64,000 nucleotides of DNA from Myxococcota bacterium (lineage in GTDB: Bacteria > Myxococcota_A > UBA796 > SXON01), in NCBI GenBank assembly GCA_040386535.1, contig JAZKFH010000006.1, positions 44,427-108,426 on the forward strand, given 5' to 3'. The first letter of the stretch is position 1; every line of letters begins with the position of its first letter. Positions 37,728 through 48,094 of this stretch are shown piece after piece. The notes below the pieces were generated by a model. That model worked only from the letters and a program-made list of their open reading frames with translations, was not told the origin of the DNA and searched no databases. A program made the translations under genes and the position numbers.

Positions 37728-38489
37728 ATGACCCCTCTCCAGAAGACCGTCTCCGACCGCTGGCTCGCCGAGCAGGTCCGTCTCCGCGAGACCGTCGTCG
37801 TCGCGCTCTCCGGGGCGCACGCCTACGGCTTTCCTTCGCCCGACAGCGACCTGGATCTCAAGGCGATCCACATCGACCCGACGCGGCGGCTGCTCGGGCT
37901 GCGGCCGGTGTCGGCGCCCATCGAGCGCACCGAGATCGTCGAGGGTGTCGAGCTCGACTACAGCTCGCACGAGCTCGGCATGGTCCTCGCGGGCGTGCTC
38001 AAGGGCAACGGCAACTTCATCGAGCGCATCCTCGGGCACCTGCTCGTCGTGACCTCGCCCGCGCTCGCGGAGCTCCAGCCGCTCGTCCAGGCCAGCGTGT
38101 CGCAGCGTGTGCACCGCCACTACCGCGGCTTCGCGCACAACCAGCGCCTCGAGGCCGACAAGACGCACCGCGCCAAGAAGGTGCTCTACGTCCTGCGCAC
38201 GACGCTCACCGGCACGCACCTCCTCCGTACGGGCCAGCTCGTCACCGACGTGACCGCGCTCGCCCCCGTCTACGACTTCGACGTCACCGAGCTCCTCGCG
38301 GCCAAGTCGCACGCGGAGAAGCAGGCCCTCACCGACGCCGCCTACACCCGCGCCTGCGTCGAGATGGACCGCGCCTTCGTCACGCTCGACACCGCCGTCG
38401 CCGCGGCGACCGTGCCCCCGGCGCCTCCCGTAGACGCGGAGTCCGCCCTGGAGGACTGGCTGGTGGGCCAGCGGGCGGCGCGGGTCTGA
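37728..38489 (+). CDS. DNA polymerase beta superfamily nucleotidyltransferase (YcgL/RlaP-like)
   Basis: SGAHAYGFPSPDSDLDL, KGNGNFIE and KKVLYVLR. Confidence 0.85.
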   Translation: MTPLQKTVSDRWLAEQVRLRETVVVALSGAHAYGFPSPDSDLDLKAIHIDPTRRLLGLRPVSAPIERTEIVEGVELDYSSHELGMVLAGVLKGNGNFIERILGHLLVVTSPALAELQPLVQASVSQRVHRHYRGFAHNQRLEADKTHRAKKVLYVLRTTLTGTHLLRTGQLVTDVTALAPVYDFDVTELLAAKSHAEKQALTDAAYTRACVEMDRAFVTLDTAVAAATVPPAPPVDAESALEDWLVGQRAARV

Positions 38490-38614
38490 ACCGGCGCGCC
38501 GGGCGGCGCCCTCCCTTCCCGGCTTTCTCCCTTCCTATTCCTGCCTTCCTCTATTCCTGCCTTCCTGCTCCTCCGCTCCGACTCCCCGCCCGCCGATGCC
38601 CTGCCGCCGCCAGC

Positions 38615-39295
38615 TCAGGAGGCGCGCCGGAACCCCTGGATCACGCCCGGAAGCTCCGCCATGTGATGGATCACGGCATCCGCACCACACCGCTCCATTT
38701 CCTCCCGGCGGAGGGCGCCCCACGTGACGCCGACCGTGTACACCCCCGCGGCGCGACCGCACTCTACGTCGTGGTTGGAGTCGCCGATGAAGAGCGCCTC
38801 CTCGGGGGCGGCGCCGAGGAGGGCCAGCGCCCGCTGAACGGGCTCGGGATGCGGCTTGTGGCGTTCGCAGCTCTCCATGCCCACGATGACGGGGAATGCC
38901 TCGGCGAGCCCCACCAGCTCGAGCGCGCGGATGGCCATGACCTCGCCCTTGCTGGTGACGAGCGCCATCGCGTGGCCCGCGCGGGCGAGCGCCAGGACCG
39001 TCTCGACCACGCCCTCGTAGGCCGTCACCAGCCGGTCGTGGTGGATCGTCTGGAACTCGCGGTACCGAGCCACCAGCCGCTCCACCTCGGTCTCGTCGCC
39101 CGTGTGGTCGCGGAACATGGCCCGCAGTGGCCGGCCGATCCCCGCCCGCCACTCGTCGTCGGTCGGCGGCCTACCTACGAAGTCGACGAACGCGTGCCTT
39201 CCCGCGCTGAGGATCAGCTCCACCGAGTCGACCAGGGTGCCGTCGAGGTCGAAGAGCAGGGCGGGGAGGTGGGGGAGGGAGGGGCCGGGGGTCAT
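38615..39295 (-). CDS. HAD-superfamily phosphatase (PpaX/Gph-like)
   Basis: FDLDGTLVDS, VTSK, KPHPEP and IGDSNHD. Confidence 0.92.
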   Translation of the reverse strand: MTPGPSLPHLPALLFDLDGTLVDSVELILSAGRHAFVDFVGRPPTDDEWRAGIGRPLRAMFRDHTGDETEVERLVARYREFQTIHHDRLVTAYEGVVETVLALARAGHAMALVTSKGEVMAIRALELVGLAEAFPVIVGMESCERHKPHPEPVQRALALLGAAPEEALFIGDSNHDVECGRAAGVYTVGVTWGALRREEMERCGADAVIHHMAELPGVIQGFRRAS

Positions 39296-39374
39296 CCGCC
39301 CTCCCTATGACGACGCGCACACCGGAGGCGTGGTCGCTTTCGCCCCGATCGCGGGCCGCCGTGAGGGCCCGACC

Positions 39375-39596
39375 GCAGGGTCATAGGTCATGTCCCCATG
39401 AATGCGCGCGGCACGGAGTCATGCCGGGTTGAACGCTCGGATCCAGGCTGCGACGCTCCGCGGACTGCCGAAAAACGCCCTTGGTTCCGTGGTGCCAGCC
39501 GTAGGCAGCCCTGACTTGAGGGGCATCGACTTGATTTAGCGGCGTTCATGGTGGCATGACTTCGATTTAGCGGCGTTGAAGGGGGCATGACCCCGC
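39375..39596. repeat. MITE-like element (copy 2)
   Basis: GTCATG at 39387 and 39418; GGCATGAC at 39553 and 39584; ends GCAGGGTCAT...ATGACCCCGC. Confidence 0.6.
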
Positions 39597-40090
39597 CCTC
39601 GACGCGATCGCCTCGAGGGCTGAGCGAAGTGCAAGGGGGCCTCTGCGCGCAAGGCCCCCCGACTGGAACCGATCACCCCCCGGTGGTCGTCGTCCCGACG
39701 ACATCCGCGGCGCGGGCCGGCGGCGGCATGGGCGCGCGCTCCTCGAGTGGGCGCCCAGCTGGGCGCGACCTCTCCGTCGGGGTGCCGCGACGGCCACTAC
39801 CCGGGGGTCTACCGGTAGCACCCACGCGGCGTCTCGACATCGAGCCCCCGCGTGGTTGCCGTCGGCGCCGCCCGACGCTCCCACGCGCCAGGAACGCGAA
39901 CAAGTCATGGGCAAGGCCAAGGGGGGCCGGATCCAGACGGCCGGGGCACCAGACGACCCGGTAGATCGGACGCCACCGTCGCAGCCCTGTTCGGCGGCGC
40001 GCGCCCGCCCAGAGAACCTGACAAGGCTCACCCGCCGCGGTCGGCGCCGCCCCGGGCGCCGGGAACCGCGGCGAGCGCCTGCTCGAGACC

Positions 40091-41650
40091 CTACTTCCTG
40101 CGCCGAATCAACCCGGCGAGGCCGACGAGCACGCTCATCCCCATCCCCACGCCCGATCCGCTCGTGCTGCACGCGGCGTGCACCTCCACGTCGTCATCGT
40201 CCTTGCCCCCCACGGTCTCGGTCCCGTCGGTGCCCTCGGGGTCCTCCTCCACGACCACGGGCTCGACCAGCTCGGCCGACCAGGTGAAGCCGTACTTGGT
40301 GTCGCCGTCCTTCAGCGGGGAGGCCACGAGCACCACGTCCTCGGCGCCGAAGTCGGGGAGGGTGACGGTGCCGACGCCGTCGACGATGTCGGCCACCACG
40401 ACGCGCAGGATCTCGTCGCGCGTGACCTCGACCAGCTGGACGGACCAGGGCACGTCCTCGTCCCCCTCGAACGTCACGACCAGGTCGCCCTCGCCGGCCT
40501 CCTGCTCGAAGCGGATGTAGGTCTGGCCGTAGCCCTGGGGGCGCGAGCTGCCGTCGACCTCGTCGCTGTCGGGGAGGTTGTCGATGGCGGCGCGCTCGTC
40601 CACGTTGGGGATGGCGTCCTGGTCGGCGTAGTCCATCACCGTGTTGCGCACGATGAAGTCGGTGTAGGCGACGTCGAAGTCGAGATCGAGGTCGCGGAAG
40701 GCGTCGGCCATGCCGTAGGTGTAGGTGCCGCCAGCGCCCTCGCCGGCCTCCCACGTGGCGAGGATGGTCTCGGGGCCGCCCACGTACTCGTCGAGGTACG
40801 CGCCCCAGATGCCCATGCCGTACATGTGCCAGAAGATGTCCTGGTCTTCCTGATCCGAGGCGTTGAACGCCAGGTGCGGATTGTTGCTGTAGCCGGACGC
40901 GTAGTAGGCCCACCAGTCGGCGTTCGGGTACACCACGCCGCCGATGTAGGTGGCCGTGGCCTCCCACCACCAGAACTCCCAGGCGAACCCGTAGCCGAAC
41001 TGGAGCGCGTGATTCAGCTCGTGAACGGCCATGGTCTCGGCCCAGGACCGGTTCGAGAACGAGCCCGCGTAGGCGACCATGTAGGGCACGAACCCGCGGC
41101 CGCAGCTCTCGACCGTCGTGTACGCGCCCTGGTAGTTTCCGTCCTGGACGTAGGCGAGCACGAGGTAGTCGTCGTTCTGGAGGGGCGCCTTCCAGCCGAG
41201 CTCGTCGACCTCGACGGTGTAGCCCTCCTCGAGCGCCGCGAGGAAGTCCTCGGCGGTGCCCTCGGAGATCGTGCCGGTGTCCCACTCGACGGCGAAGTGG
41301 GCGCTGGTGATGCGGTTCTCGCCCAGGCTGAAGCACGGCTCGGACGCGAAGGCCGCGGGGGGCGGCGGCGTGCTGCGGAGGGGCGCGACGGGCGCGAGCA
41401 GGTCGGACTTCCACGGCATGAGCGCGGAGGTGGCCCACGCGCGCTCGGCGGGGGTGAGCTCGTCGGCACGGAGCTTGAGCTCGTTCACCAGCGGCGTGAG
41501 GCAGGAATCGGGCCCCTCGTGGGAGAGGTGGTCCTCGACGGCGGCCATCAGCGCACGCGCCGACGTGGGCGTGACGTGGCCCGCGGGGGAGGGGGACCCG
41601 GGAGCGGCGCCCCCAGGAGCGGCGAGCACGGCGGCGACGAGGAGGAGCAT
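40091..41650 (-). CDS. secreted zinc metalloprotease (MXAN_6640-like) with MYXO-CTERM-like tail
   Basis: Signal peptide, HELNHALQ, WWWEATA, C-terminal ACS + hydrophobic + RRRK. Confidence 0.85.
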   Translation of the reverse strand: MLLLVAAVLAAPGGAAPGSPSPAGHVTPTSARALMAAVEDHLSHEGPDSCLTPLVNELKLRADELTPAERAWATSALMPWKSDLLAPVAPLRSTPPPPAAFASEPCFSLGENRITSAHFAVEWDTGTISEGTAEDFLAALEEGYTVEVDELGWKAPLQNDDYLVLAYVQDGNYQGAYTTVESCGRGFVPYMVAYAGSFSNRSWAETMAVHELNHALQFGYGFAWEFWWWEATATYIGGVVYPNADWWAYYASGYSNNPHLAFNASDQEDQDIFWHMYGMGIWGAYLDEYVGGPETILATWEAGEGAGGTYTYGMADAFRDLDLDFDVAYTDFIVRNTVMDYADQDAIPNVDERAAIDNLPDSDEVDGSSRPQGYGQTYIRFEQEAGEGDLVVTFEGDEDVPWSVQLVEVTRDEILRVVVADIVDGVGTVTLPDFGAEDVVLVASPLKDGDTKYGFTWSAELVEPVVVEEDPEGTDGTETVGGKDDDDVEVHAACSTSGSGVGMGMSVLVGLAGLIRRRK

Positions 41651-41753
41651 TCGGACCTCAGGCGCGGCAGTGTGGCTCGTTCGCGGGCGGGTCGGGGTCA
41701 ATTCCTGGTGGAGATGACGAAACGGGAGAGTGGCGGGGAGGTGCGTGCGGGGG

Positions 41754-42200
41754 CGGCAGGAACGGGGGGCAGGGAGGCGGGAGGGGGCAGGAAGGCCGGA
41801 GGGGGCGGGAAGGCAGGAAGGGGCAGGAAGGCAGGGGCAGGAAAGCAGGAAGGGGCAGGAAGGCAGGAAGGGGCAGGAAGGCAGGAAGGGGCAGGAAGGC
41901 CGGAGGGGGCAGGAAGGCAGGAAGGGGCAGGAAGGCAGGAAGAGAGGCGGGAGGCGAGGCCGGAGCAGAGCCCCGGCCACAGTCCCCGTTCCTGCCCCCC
42001 TCCTCCGCCCGCTTCCTTTTCCCTTCCTGCCTTCCTAGTTTCCTGCCTCCCTGCTTCTCCCTTCCGGTTCCCCTTCCTGCTTCTCCCTTCCGGTTCCTGC
42101 GTCCCCCTCCTGTTCCCCTTCCCGCCTTCCTTGTTTCCTGCCTTCCTGATTTTCCGGTTCCCCTTCCTGCGTCCTCTTCCGGTTCTCTCTCCTGCGTTCC
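41754..42200. repeat. purine-rich GGCAGGAAG tandem tract followed by a complementary pyrimidine-rich tract
   Basis: (GGCAGGAAGGGGCAGGAA)n at about 41754-41945; TTCCTGCC/CTTCC-rich at about 41989-42200. Confidence 0.75.
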
Positions 42201-42242
42201 CGAGTCCGCCCTCCCCCGCCCCCGTCAGGATAGGCCAGCCCC

Positions 42243-42845
42243 GTGTTCATCACCATCGAAGGCCTCGACGGATCCGGCGGCACCACCCAGGTCGAGCGCC
42301 TGCGCGCGGAGTGGGCCCGCCGCGCCCCGGAACGAGAGGTCGTGTGTACGCGCGAGCCGTCGCCCGGGCCGGTCGGGCGCCTGCTGCGGCAAGCCCTGGC
42401 GGACGTGACCATCGGCGAGGGCGTGCTGCCCTACCTCTTCGCCGCCGACCGCCGCGATCACCTCGACCGCGTCGTGCTCCCCGCCCTCGCGCGCGGCGCC
42501 GTCGTGATCTCCGACCGGTACGCGCTCTCCTCGCTCGCGTACCAGTCGCTCGCCCTCGGCCTCGACAAGGTCGCGGCGCTCAACGCCGACTTCCCCGCGC
42601 CCGACCTGACCGTGCTGCTCGACCTCCCCCCCGCCGAATGCCTCGCCCGCATCGACGCGCGCGGGGCGGCCAAGGAGCGCTTCGAGACCTTGGCTCGGCT
42701 CGAGGAGATCGCCGCGGGCTACGAGGCCGCTCTCCTTCGCGTGCCGACGTGGCGCATCGCCAGGATCGACGCGGCAGGAACGCCCGACGACGTGGCCGCG
42801 CGTGTCACCGCCGCCGCGTTCCCCGAGGGCCCATGGCCGCGGTGA
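42243..42845 (+). CDS. tmk: thymidylate kinase
   Basis: FITIEGLDGSGGTTQ, TREP, LFAADR and SDRY..SSLAYQ. Confidence 0.9.
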   Translation: MFITIEGLDGSGGTTQVERLRAEWARRAPEREVVCTREPSPGPVGRLLRQALADVTIGEGVLPYLFAADRRDHLDRVVLPALARGAVVISDRYALSSLAYQSLALGLDKVAALNADFPAPDLTVLLDLPPAECLARIDARGAAKERFETLARLEEIAAGYEAALLRVPTWRIARIDAAGTPDDVAARVTAAAFPEGPWPR

Positions 42846-43453
42846 TCCGCCCCGGCCGGATCGCCTACACCGACGCGTGGGCGCTCCAGAAGGAGCTGGT
42901 CGACCAGCGGGCCCGCGGCGAGATCGAAGACACGGTGATCGTCTGCGAGCACGATCCCGTCTACACCGTGGGCCGGCGGCGCGACGCGATGGCGAACGTG
43001 CTCGCCGCGGGGGACGTGCCGGTGGTCGAGGTCGAGCGCGGCGGCGACGTGACGTGGCACGGGCCGGGCCAGGTCGTCGTGTACCCGATCGTGCTGCTGG
43101 AGGGCGAGAAGCGCGATCTGCACGCGCACATGCACCGCCTGGAAGAGCTGATGATCGACGTGTGTGCCGACTTCGGCATCGCGGCGGGCCGCGACCAGCG
43201 CAACACGGGCGCGTGGGTCCCCAACGACGCGGGCGTGTCCCACAAGATCGGCAGCGTCGGCATCGCGTGCCGCCGCTGGGTCACGTGGCACGGGCTCGCG
43301 CTCAACGTCGACCCCGATCTCGGCTATTTCGCGCGCATCAACCCGTGCGGCTTCGACGCGACGATCATGACGTCGATGGCCCGGGTGCTCGGGCGCGCGG
43401 TCGACGTGGACGCCGTCGCGGCGCGGATCGTGGAGCGGGTCCAGGCCTGGTAG
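42833..43453 (+). CDS. lipB: lipoyl(octanoyl) transferase
   Basis: EHDPVYTVG, RGGDVTWHGPGQ, KIGSVG, HGLALNV and INPCG. Confidence 0.96.
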   Translation: MAAVIRPGRIAYTDAWALQKELVDQRARGEIEDTVIVCEHDPVYTVGRRRDAMANVLAAGDVPVVEVERGGDVTWHGPGQVVVYPIVLLEGEKRDLHAHMHRLEELMIDVCADFGIAAGRDQRNTGAWVPNDAGVSHKIGSVGIACRRWVTWHGLALNVDPDLGYFARINPCGFDATIMTSMARVLGRAVDVDAVAARIVERVQAW

Positions 43454-43520
43454 GCGGTGTCCTCCTGGTAGCGCCCAGGCGACCTCATCGCCGACCGCGC
43501 CGCAGCGGTTAGGAGCGCGC

Positions 43521-46379
43521 ATGAAGTCGCTCCTCCGGCTGCAGGTCAACGGCGAGCCGGTACAGCTCGCCGTGCCCGACCATTGGACCCTCCTCGAGGC
43601 CCTGCGCTACGAGCTCGGCCTCACCGGCACGAAGCAGGGCTGCGACAAGGGCGATTGTGGTGCGTGCACCGTGCTCTCCGACGGCCAGCCCGTCCTGTCG
43701 TGCTGCATGCTCGCGCGCGCCGCCGAGGGCCACGCGATCACCACGATCGAGGGCCTCGCCACACCCGAGGGCCCGGATCCGGTCCAGCGCGCGTTCGACG
43801 TGTCGGGCGCGCTCCAGTGCGGGTTCTGCCAGCCCGGCATGATCCTCTCGGCCAAGGCGCTGCTCGCCCGCTCGCCGGACCCGTCGGACGCCGAGCTGCG
43901 CGAGGCCCTCTCCGGCAACCTCTGTCGGTGCACCGGCTACACCAAGATCTTCGAGGCCGTGCGCCTCGCGGCCAAGGGGTTCCCCCGCCACGCGCCGCTC
44001 CTGTCGGGCCCCCCGGCCGAGGGGTTCCTCGTGCTCGGCGCCCGTGGTCGCAAGGCGGACTCGATCGCCAAGGCCACCGGCGAGGCCGTCTACGCTGACG
44101 ACATCGTGCTCCCCCGCATGGCGCACGGCAAGATCCTCCGCTCGCCGCACGCCCACGCGCGCATCCTCTCCATCGACACGTCCGCCGCCAGCGCGATGCC
44201 CGGCGTGTTCGCCGTGCTCGTCGGCAGCGAGCTCCCCACGCCCTTCTGCGTCATCCCGTGGACCCCCGACGAGACCGCCCTCGCCATCGGCAAGGTGCGC
44301 TACGTCGGCGAGGGCGTGGCCGCCGTGGCCGCGGTCGACGAGGACACCGCGAACGCCGCGTGCGCCGCCATCAAGGTCGTCTACGAGCCGCTCCCCGCCG
44401 TGATCGAGCCTGCCGCGGCCCTCGCGCCCGGCGCCCCGCTGGTGCACGAGGTCGACTGGAAGGGCCGCCCCTGGGAGAACAACGTCTGCAAGGAGGTCGA
44501 TCTCTCCTTCGGCGAGGTGGACGCGGGTTTTGCCGCCGCCGCCGCGATCACCGAGGGGCAGTGGTTCTACGAGGGCTCGACCCACGCGCCGATCGAGCCG
44601 CACTGCGCGCTCGCCACGTGGTCGCCCGACGGGCAGCTCACGATGTGGTCCGCGTCGCAAGTGACGCACTACCTGCACCGCGAGCTCGCGCACGTGCTCC
44701 GCATCCCCACCGAGAAGATCCGCGTCATCCAGCCCGTGCTCGGCGGCGCGTTCGGCGGCAAGTCCGAGCCGTTCGATCTGGAGTTCTGCGTGGCTGCGCT
44801 CGCGAAGAAGGCGGGCCGCCCGGTCAAGATCCTCTACACGCGCGAGGAGGTCTTCTACAGCCACCGCGGCCGCCACCCGGCGGACATGCGGTTCAAGGTC
44901 GGTTGCGACGCGACCGGCAAGATCACCGCCGTGGAGAGCGACATCACGCTCGACGGCGGCGCCTACCACAGCTTCGGCCTGGTCACCGCCTACTACGCCG
45001 GGCAGCTGCTCGCGGGGCCGACCGCGTTCGGCAGCTACCGCTTCAAGAGCCGCCGCGTCTACACGAACAAGCCGTGTTGTGGCCCCAAGCGCGGGCACGG
45101 CAGCGTGCAGCCGCGGTTCGCCTTCGAGACCGCGCTGGACGAGGTCGCGGAGAAGCTCAACATCGATCCGATCGAGATCCGCCGTCGCAACGCGATGAAG
45201 CCGGGCGACCGCACGATCAACGGCCAGCTGGTGCCCTCCACGGGCCTCGGCGCCTGCCTGGACGCGGTGGCCGGCCCGTCCAGCTGGACCGAGCGGCACG
45301 GCAAGCTCCCGCGCGGCCGCGGCCTCGGCGTGGCCTGCTCGATGTACATCTCGGGCACGGCGTACCCGGTCTACCCCAACGAGATGCCCCAGTCCGGCGT
45401 GATGCTTCGCGGCGATCGTGGCGGCAAGATCACCGTCTTCTGCGGCGCCAACGACATCGGCCAGGGCAGCGACGGCATGCTCGCCTACATCGTCGCCGAG
45501 GAGACGGGCGTGCCCCCCGACGACATCACCGTCGTGAGCGCGGACACGGATCTGGTCCCGGTCGACCTCGGCGCCTACTCCTCGCGCGTGACCTACATGT
45601 GCGGCATCGCCGCGCAGGAAGCGGCGCGCAACATGCGCAAGCGGATGGTCGCGGCCGTGGCCGTCAAGCTCGCGATCCCCGAGGATCAGGTGCTCGTGGC
45701 GCTCGGCAGCTACCACGACAAGGCCGACCCGGGCCGCATGGTCAAGGCACGCGAGGCGCTGATCCTCGCCGAGGCCGCGGCGGGCGTGCCCCTGGTGGAG
45801 ACCGGCGGCTACCGCACCCGCAAGGTGGGCGGCGAGTACCGCGGCGGCACGATCGGCGCCTCCCCCGCGTACTCGACCACCGCGCACGTGTGCGAGGTCA
45901 CGGTCGACGAGGAGACCGGCATCGTCCGGGTCGAGAAGGTGTGGGCGGCGCACGACTGCGGGCGCGCGCTCAACCCCACGATGGTCGAGGGCCAGATCGA
46001 GGGCAGCGTGTACATGGGCTACGCCGAGGCGCTGATGGAGGCCCACACGTTCGACGAGCGCGGCCTCCACTCCGGGCCGAACCTGCTCGACTACCGCATC
46101 CCGACCAGCGCGGAGTGCCCCGACTTCTTCGCGAAGATCATCGAGACCATCGATCCGGGCGGCCCCTACGGCGCCAAGGAGGCCGGCGAGGGCCCCCTCC
46201 ACCCCATCATCCCCGCCATCGCCAACGCGATCTACGACGCGGTGGGGATCCGCCTCCGCCGCCTGCCGTTCACGCCCGACCGCGTGCTCGCGGCCATCCG
46301 CGAGCGGGACGCCGCCGCCTCCGGTGCTCCCGAAGCCGCTGCGGGCGCCGCCGCCAACGACCAGGGTGCCGCATGCTGA
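43521..46379 (+). CDS. xanthine dehydrogenase family [2Fe-2S] plus molybdopterin subunit fusion (HcrC-HcrA-like)
   Basis: GCDKGDCGAC, QCGFC, CRCTGY, GGAFGGK and GAKEAGEG. Confidence 0.92.
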   Translation: MKSLLRLQVNGEPVQLAVPDHWTLLEALRYELGLTGTKQGCDKGDCGACTVLSDGQPVLSCCMLARAAEGHAITTIEGLATPEGPDPVQRAFDVSGALQCGFCQPGMILSAKALLARSPDPSDAELREALSGNLCRCTGYTKIFEAVRLAAKGFPRHAPLLSGPPAEGFLVLGARGRKADSIAKATGEAVYADDIVLPRMAHGKILRSPHAHARILSIDTSAASAMPGVFAVLVGSELPTPFCVIPWTPDETALAIGKVRYVGEGVAAVAAVDEDTANAACAAIKVVYEPLPAVIEPAAALAPGAPLVHEVDWKGRPWENNVCKEVDLSFGEVDAGFAAAAAITEGQWFYEGSTHAPIEPHCALATWSPDGQLTMWSASQVTHYLHRELAHVLRIPTEKIRVIQPVLGGAFGGKSEPFDLEFCVAALAKKAGRPVKILYTREEVFYSHRGRHPADMRFKVGCDATGKITAVESDITLDGGAYHSFGLVTAYYAGQLLAGPTAFGSYRFKSRRVYTNKPCCGPKRGHGSVQPRFAFETALDEVAEKLNIDPIEIRRRNAMKPGDRTINGQLVPSTGLGACLDAVAGPSSWTERHGKLPRGRGLGVACSMYISGTAYPVYPNEMPQSGVMLRGDRGGKITVFCGANDIGQGSDGMLAYIVAEETGVPPDDITVVSADTDLVPVDLGAYSSRVTYMCGIAAQEAARNMRKRMVAAVAVKLAIPEDQVLVALGSYHDKADPGRMVKAREALILAEAAAGVPLVETGGYRTRKVGGEYRGGTIGASPAYSTTAHVCEVTVDEETGIVRVEKVWAAHDCGRALNPTMVEGQIEGSVYMGYAEALMEAHTFDERGLHSGPNLLDYRIPTSAECPDFFAKIIETIDPGGPYGAKEAGEGPLHPIIPAIANAIYDAVGIRLRRLPFTPDRVLAAIRERDAAASGAPEAAAGAAANDQGAAC

Positions 46380-47344
46380 GGATGGAGCCCTTCACCTTCA
46401 AGCCCGCGCGCACCTACGAGGACGCGCTCGCGCTCTGGATGGCGGCCGAGGCGCCGATGTACGTCGCCGGCGGCACCGATCTGCTGCCGAACCTCAAGCA
46501 CGGAATCGTGAGCCCACGCACGCTCGTGAGCCTGGGCGAGATCCCGGGCGGCATCACCGAGGAGGCCGACACGATCGTGATCGGCGCGGCCACCAAGCTG
46601 AACGTGCTCGCGACGAACGACCTCATCCGCACGCTGCTTCCGCCGCTCGCCCGGGCCGCCGGCCTTGTCGCCGGGCCGCAGATCCGCGCGATGGGGACGC
46701 TCGGCGGCAACGTGCTGCTCGACACCCGCTGCCTCTTCTACAACCAGACCGCGTTCTGGCGGGGCGCGCTCGGCCACTGCCTCAAGGCCGACGGCACCTG
46801 GTGCCACGTCATCAACGGCCCGAAGACCTGCGTGGCGGCCCAGTCCTCCGACACCGTGCCCGTGCTGCTCGCGCTCGACGCGTCGCTCCGCTTCATCGGC
46901 CCCGAGGGCGCGCGCACGCTCGCCATCCGCGATCTGTACCGGTTCAACGGCATGGATCACCTCGCCATCCAGAAGGGCGAGCTGCTCACCACCATCGTGG
47001 TGCCGAAGCCCGCGGCCGGCTTCCGCGGCAGCTACCAGAAGCTCCGCACGCGCGACTCCATCGACTATCCGCAGCTCGGCGTCGCGATCGTCGGCACGTT
47101 CGACGGGCCGGTGCCCACCACGCTCGAGATCGTCATCGGCGCCGCGAACCCGCAGCCCAAGCCGATCCGCGGCCTCGAGGTCTTCCTCGGTCAGCCCCTC
47201 GACGAGGCCCGCGCCGCCGCGATCGCAGACCTCGTCCACAAGCAGACGCGTCCGCAGGCGGCCGTGCACGGCGACCCGGCGTGGCGCCGCCAGATGGCGA
47301 GCGTGTTCACGCGGCGCGGGCTGCTCGCGCTGGCCGCCGGGTAG
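46373..47344 (+). CDS. FAD-binding subunit with a [4Fe-4S] insertion (HcrB-like)
   Basis: AGGTDL, TLGGN and the RCLFYNQ...CLK...CHV...C insertion. Confidence 0.9.
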   Translation: MLRMEPFTFKPARTYEDALALWMAAEAPMYVAGGTDLLPNLKHGIVSPRTLVSLGEIPGGITEEADTIVIGAATKLNVLATNDLIRTLLPPLARAAGLVAGPQIRAMGTLGGNVLLDTRCLFYNQTAFWRGALGHCLKADGTWCHVINGPKTCVAAQSSDTVPVLLALDASLRFIGPEGARTLAIRDLYRFNGMDHLAIQKGELLTTIVVPKPAAGFRGSYQKLRTRDSIDYPQLGVAIVGTFDGPVPTTLEIVIGAANPQPKPIRGLEVFLGQPLDEARAAAIADLVHKQTRPQAAVHGDPAWRRQMASVFTRRGLLALAAG

Positions 47345-47347
47345 GCC

Positions 47348-47896
47348 TCAGAGCTTGTAGGGAGCGGCCTCGTCGAAGTCCCACTCGACCGAGATCGCAC
47401 TGATGCCGCACGCGTCGTCCCCGTCGTCCCACTCCACGCGCTCGACGGTGAGGCTCCCGGCCGCCCCGTCCGCGCTGTAGGTCGAGCTTTCGCCCTGGGT
47501 TCCGGTGCGCCGGCCGCCGTTGGCGTCGTCCAGGTAGGGCGTGACGGTCGCGGCGTCGCCACTGGTGGAGGCCCACTCGACACACAACGTGTCCGCACCG
47601 CAGAACGCGTCCGGCTCCCGGTCGAGCGGCACGCACGCATCGCCGCGTTGCCCGCCCTCCTCGTCGCGCTCGACGTAGCCGCCGGCGCCCCCGAACGCGG
47701 TGTTCGCCGGATCCGATCCCGCGGCCGTTCCCGTCGCCTCGATCCCGAGCTCGCCCTCCGCCGAGTCGAGCTCCATGGACACGGTGCCGCCTCCGAAGCG
47801 GGCGGGCGCGTCGCCTCCCGAACAGCCGCCGAGCGCGGGCAGGGTCGAGACGAGAGCGACGAGGACGAGCGCGGTGGACCAGGTCGGGTGGGGCAT
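47348..47896 (-). CDS. hypothetical lipoprotein
   Basis: LGGC lipobox; acidic, four further Cys. Confidence 0.65.
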   Translation of the reverse strand: MPHPTWSTALVLVALVSTLPALGGCSGGDAPARFGGGTVSMELDSAEGELGIEATGTAAGSDPANTAFGGAGGYVERDEEGGQRGDACVPLDREPDAFCGADTLCVEWASTSGDAATVTPYLDDANGGRRTGTQGESSTYSADGAAGSLTVERVEWDDGDDACGISAISVEWDFDEAAPYKL

Positions 47897-47954
47897 CTCG
47901 CAGGCTAGCCGCGCCGCGCGGCGACCACAAGCGCAATCGCTCGCCGGCCCGTCT

Positions 47955-48094
47955 GGGCGCGACCCGGGCGCGGACGCCCGGGCCGGGCTCCTCGCGGGGT
48001 CGCGGCAAAGCCGCTCCGTTCGGGCTCCCCGGCGCCCGCGCCGGACGCACGGAACCGCGCGGCCCGCCGCGCGCCCGCCGGATCCCTCGCGCCC
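47955..48094 (+). repeat. dispersed GC-rich intergenic repeat (copy)
   Basis: Similar to 37545-37710. Confidence 0.6.

Noticed and set aside
40178..43453. 1091-aa fusion ending in LipB
   Set aside because: Only 42833-43453 is LipB; the rest is antisense, low-complexity or off-frame sequence.
44258..47344. 1028-aa ORF
   Set aside because: Only the last 323 aa from ATG 46373 are the FAD subunit; the rest is an off-frame overlap.
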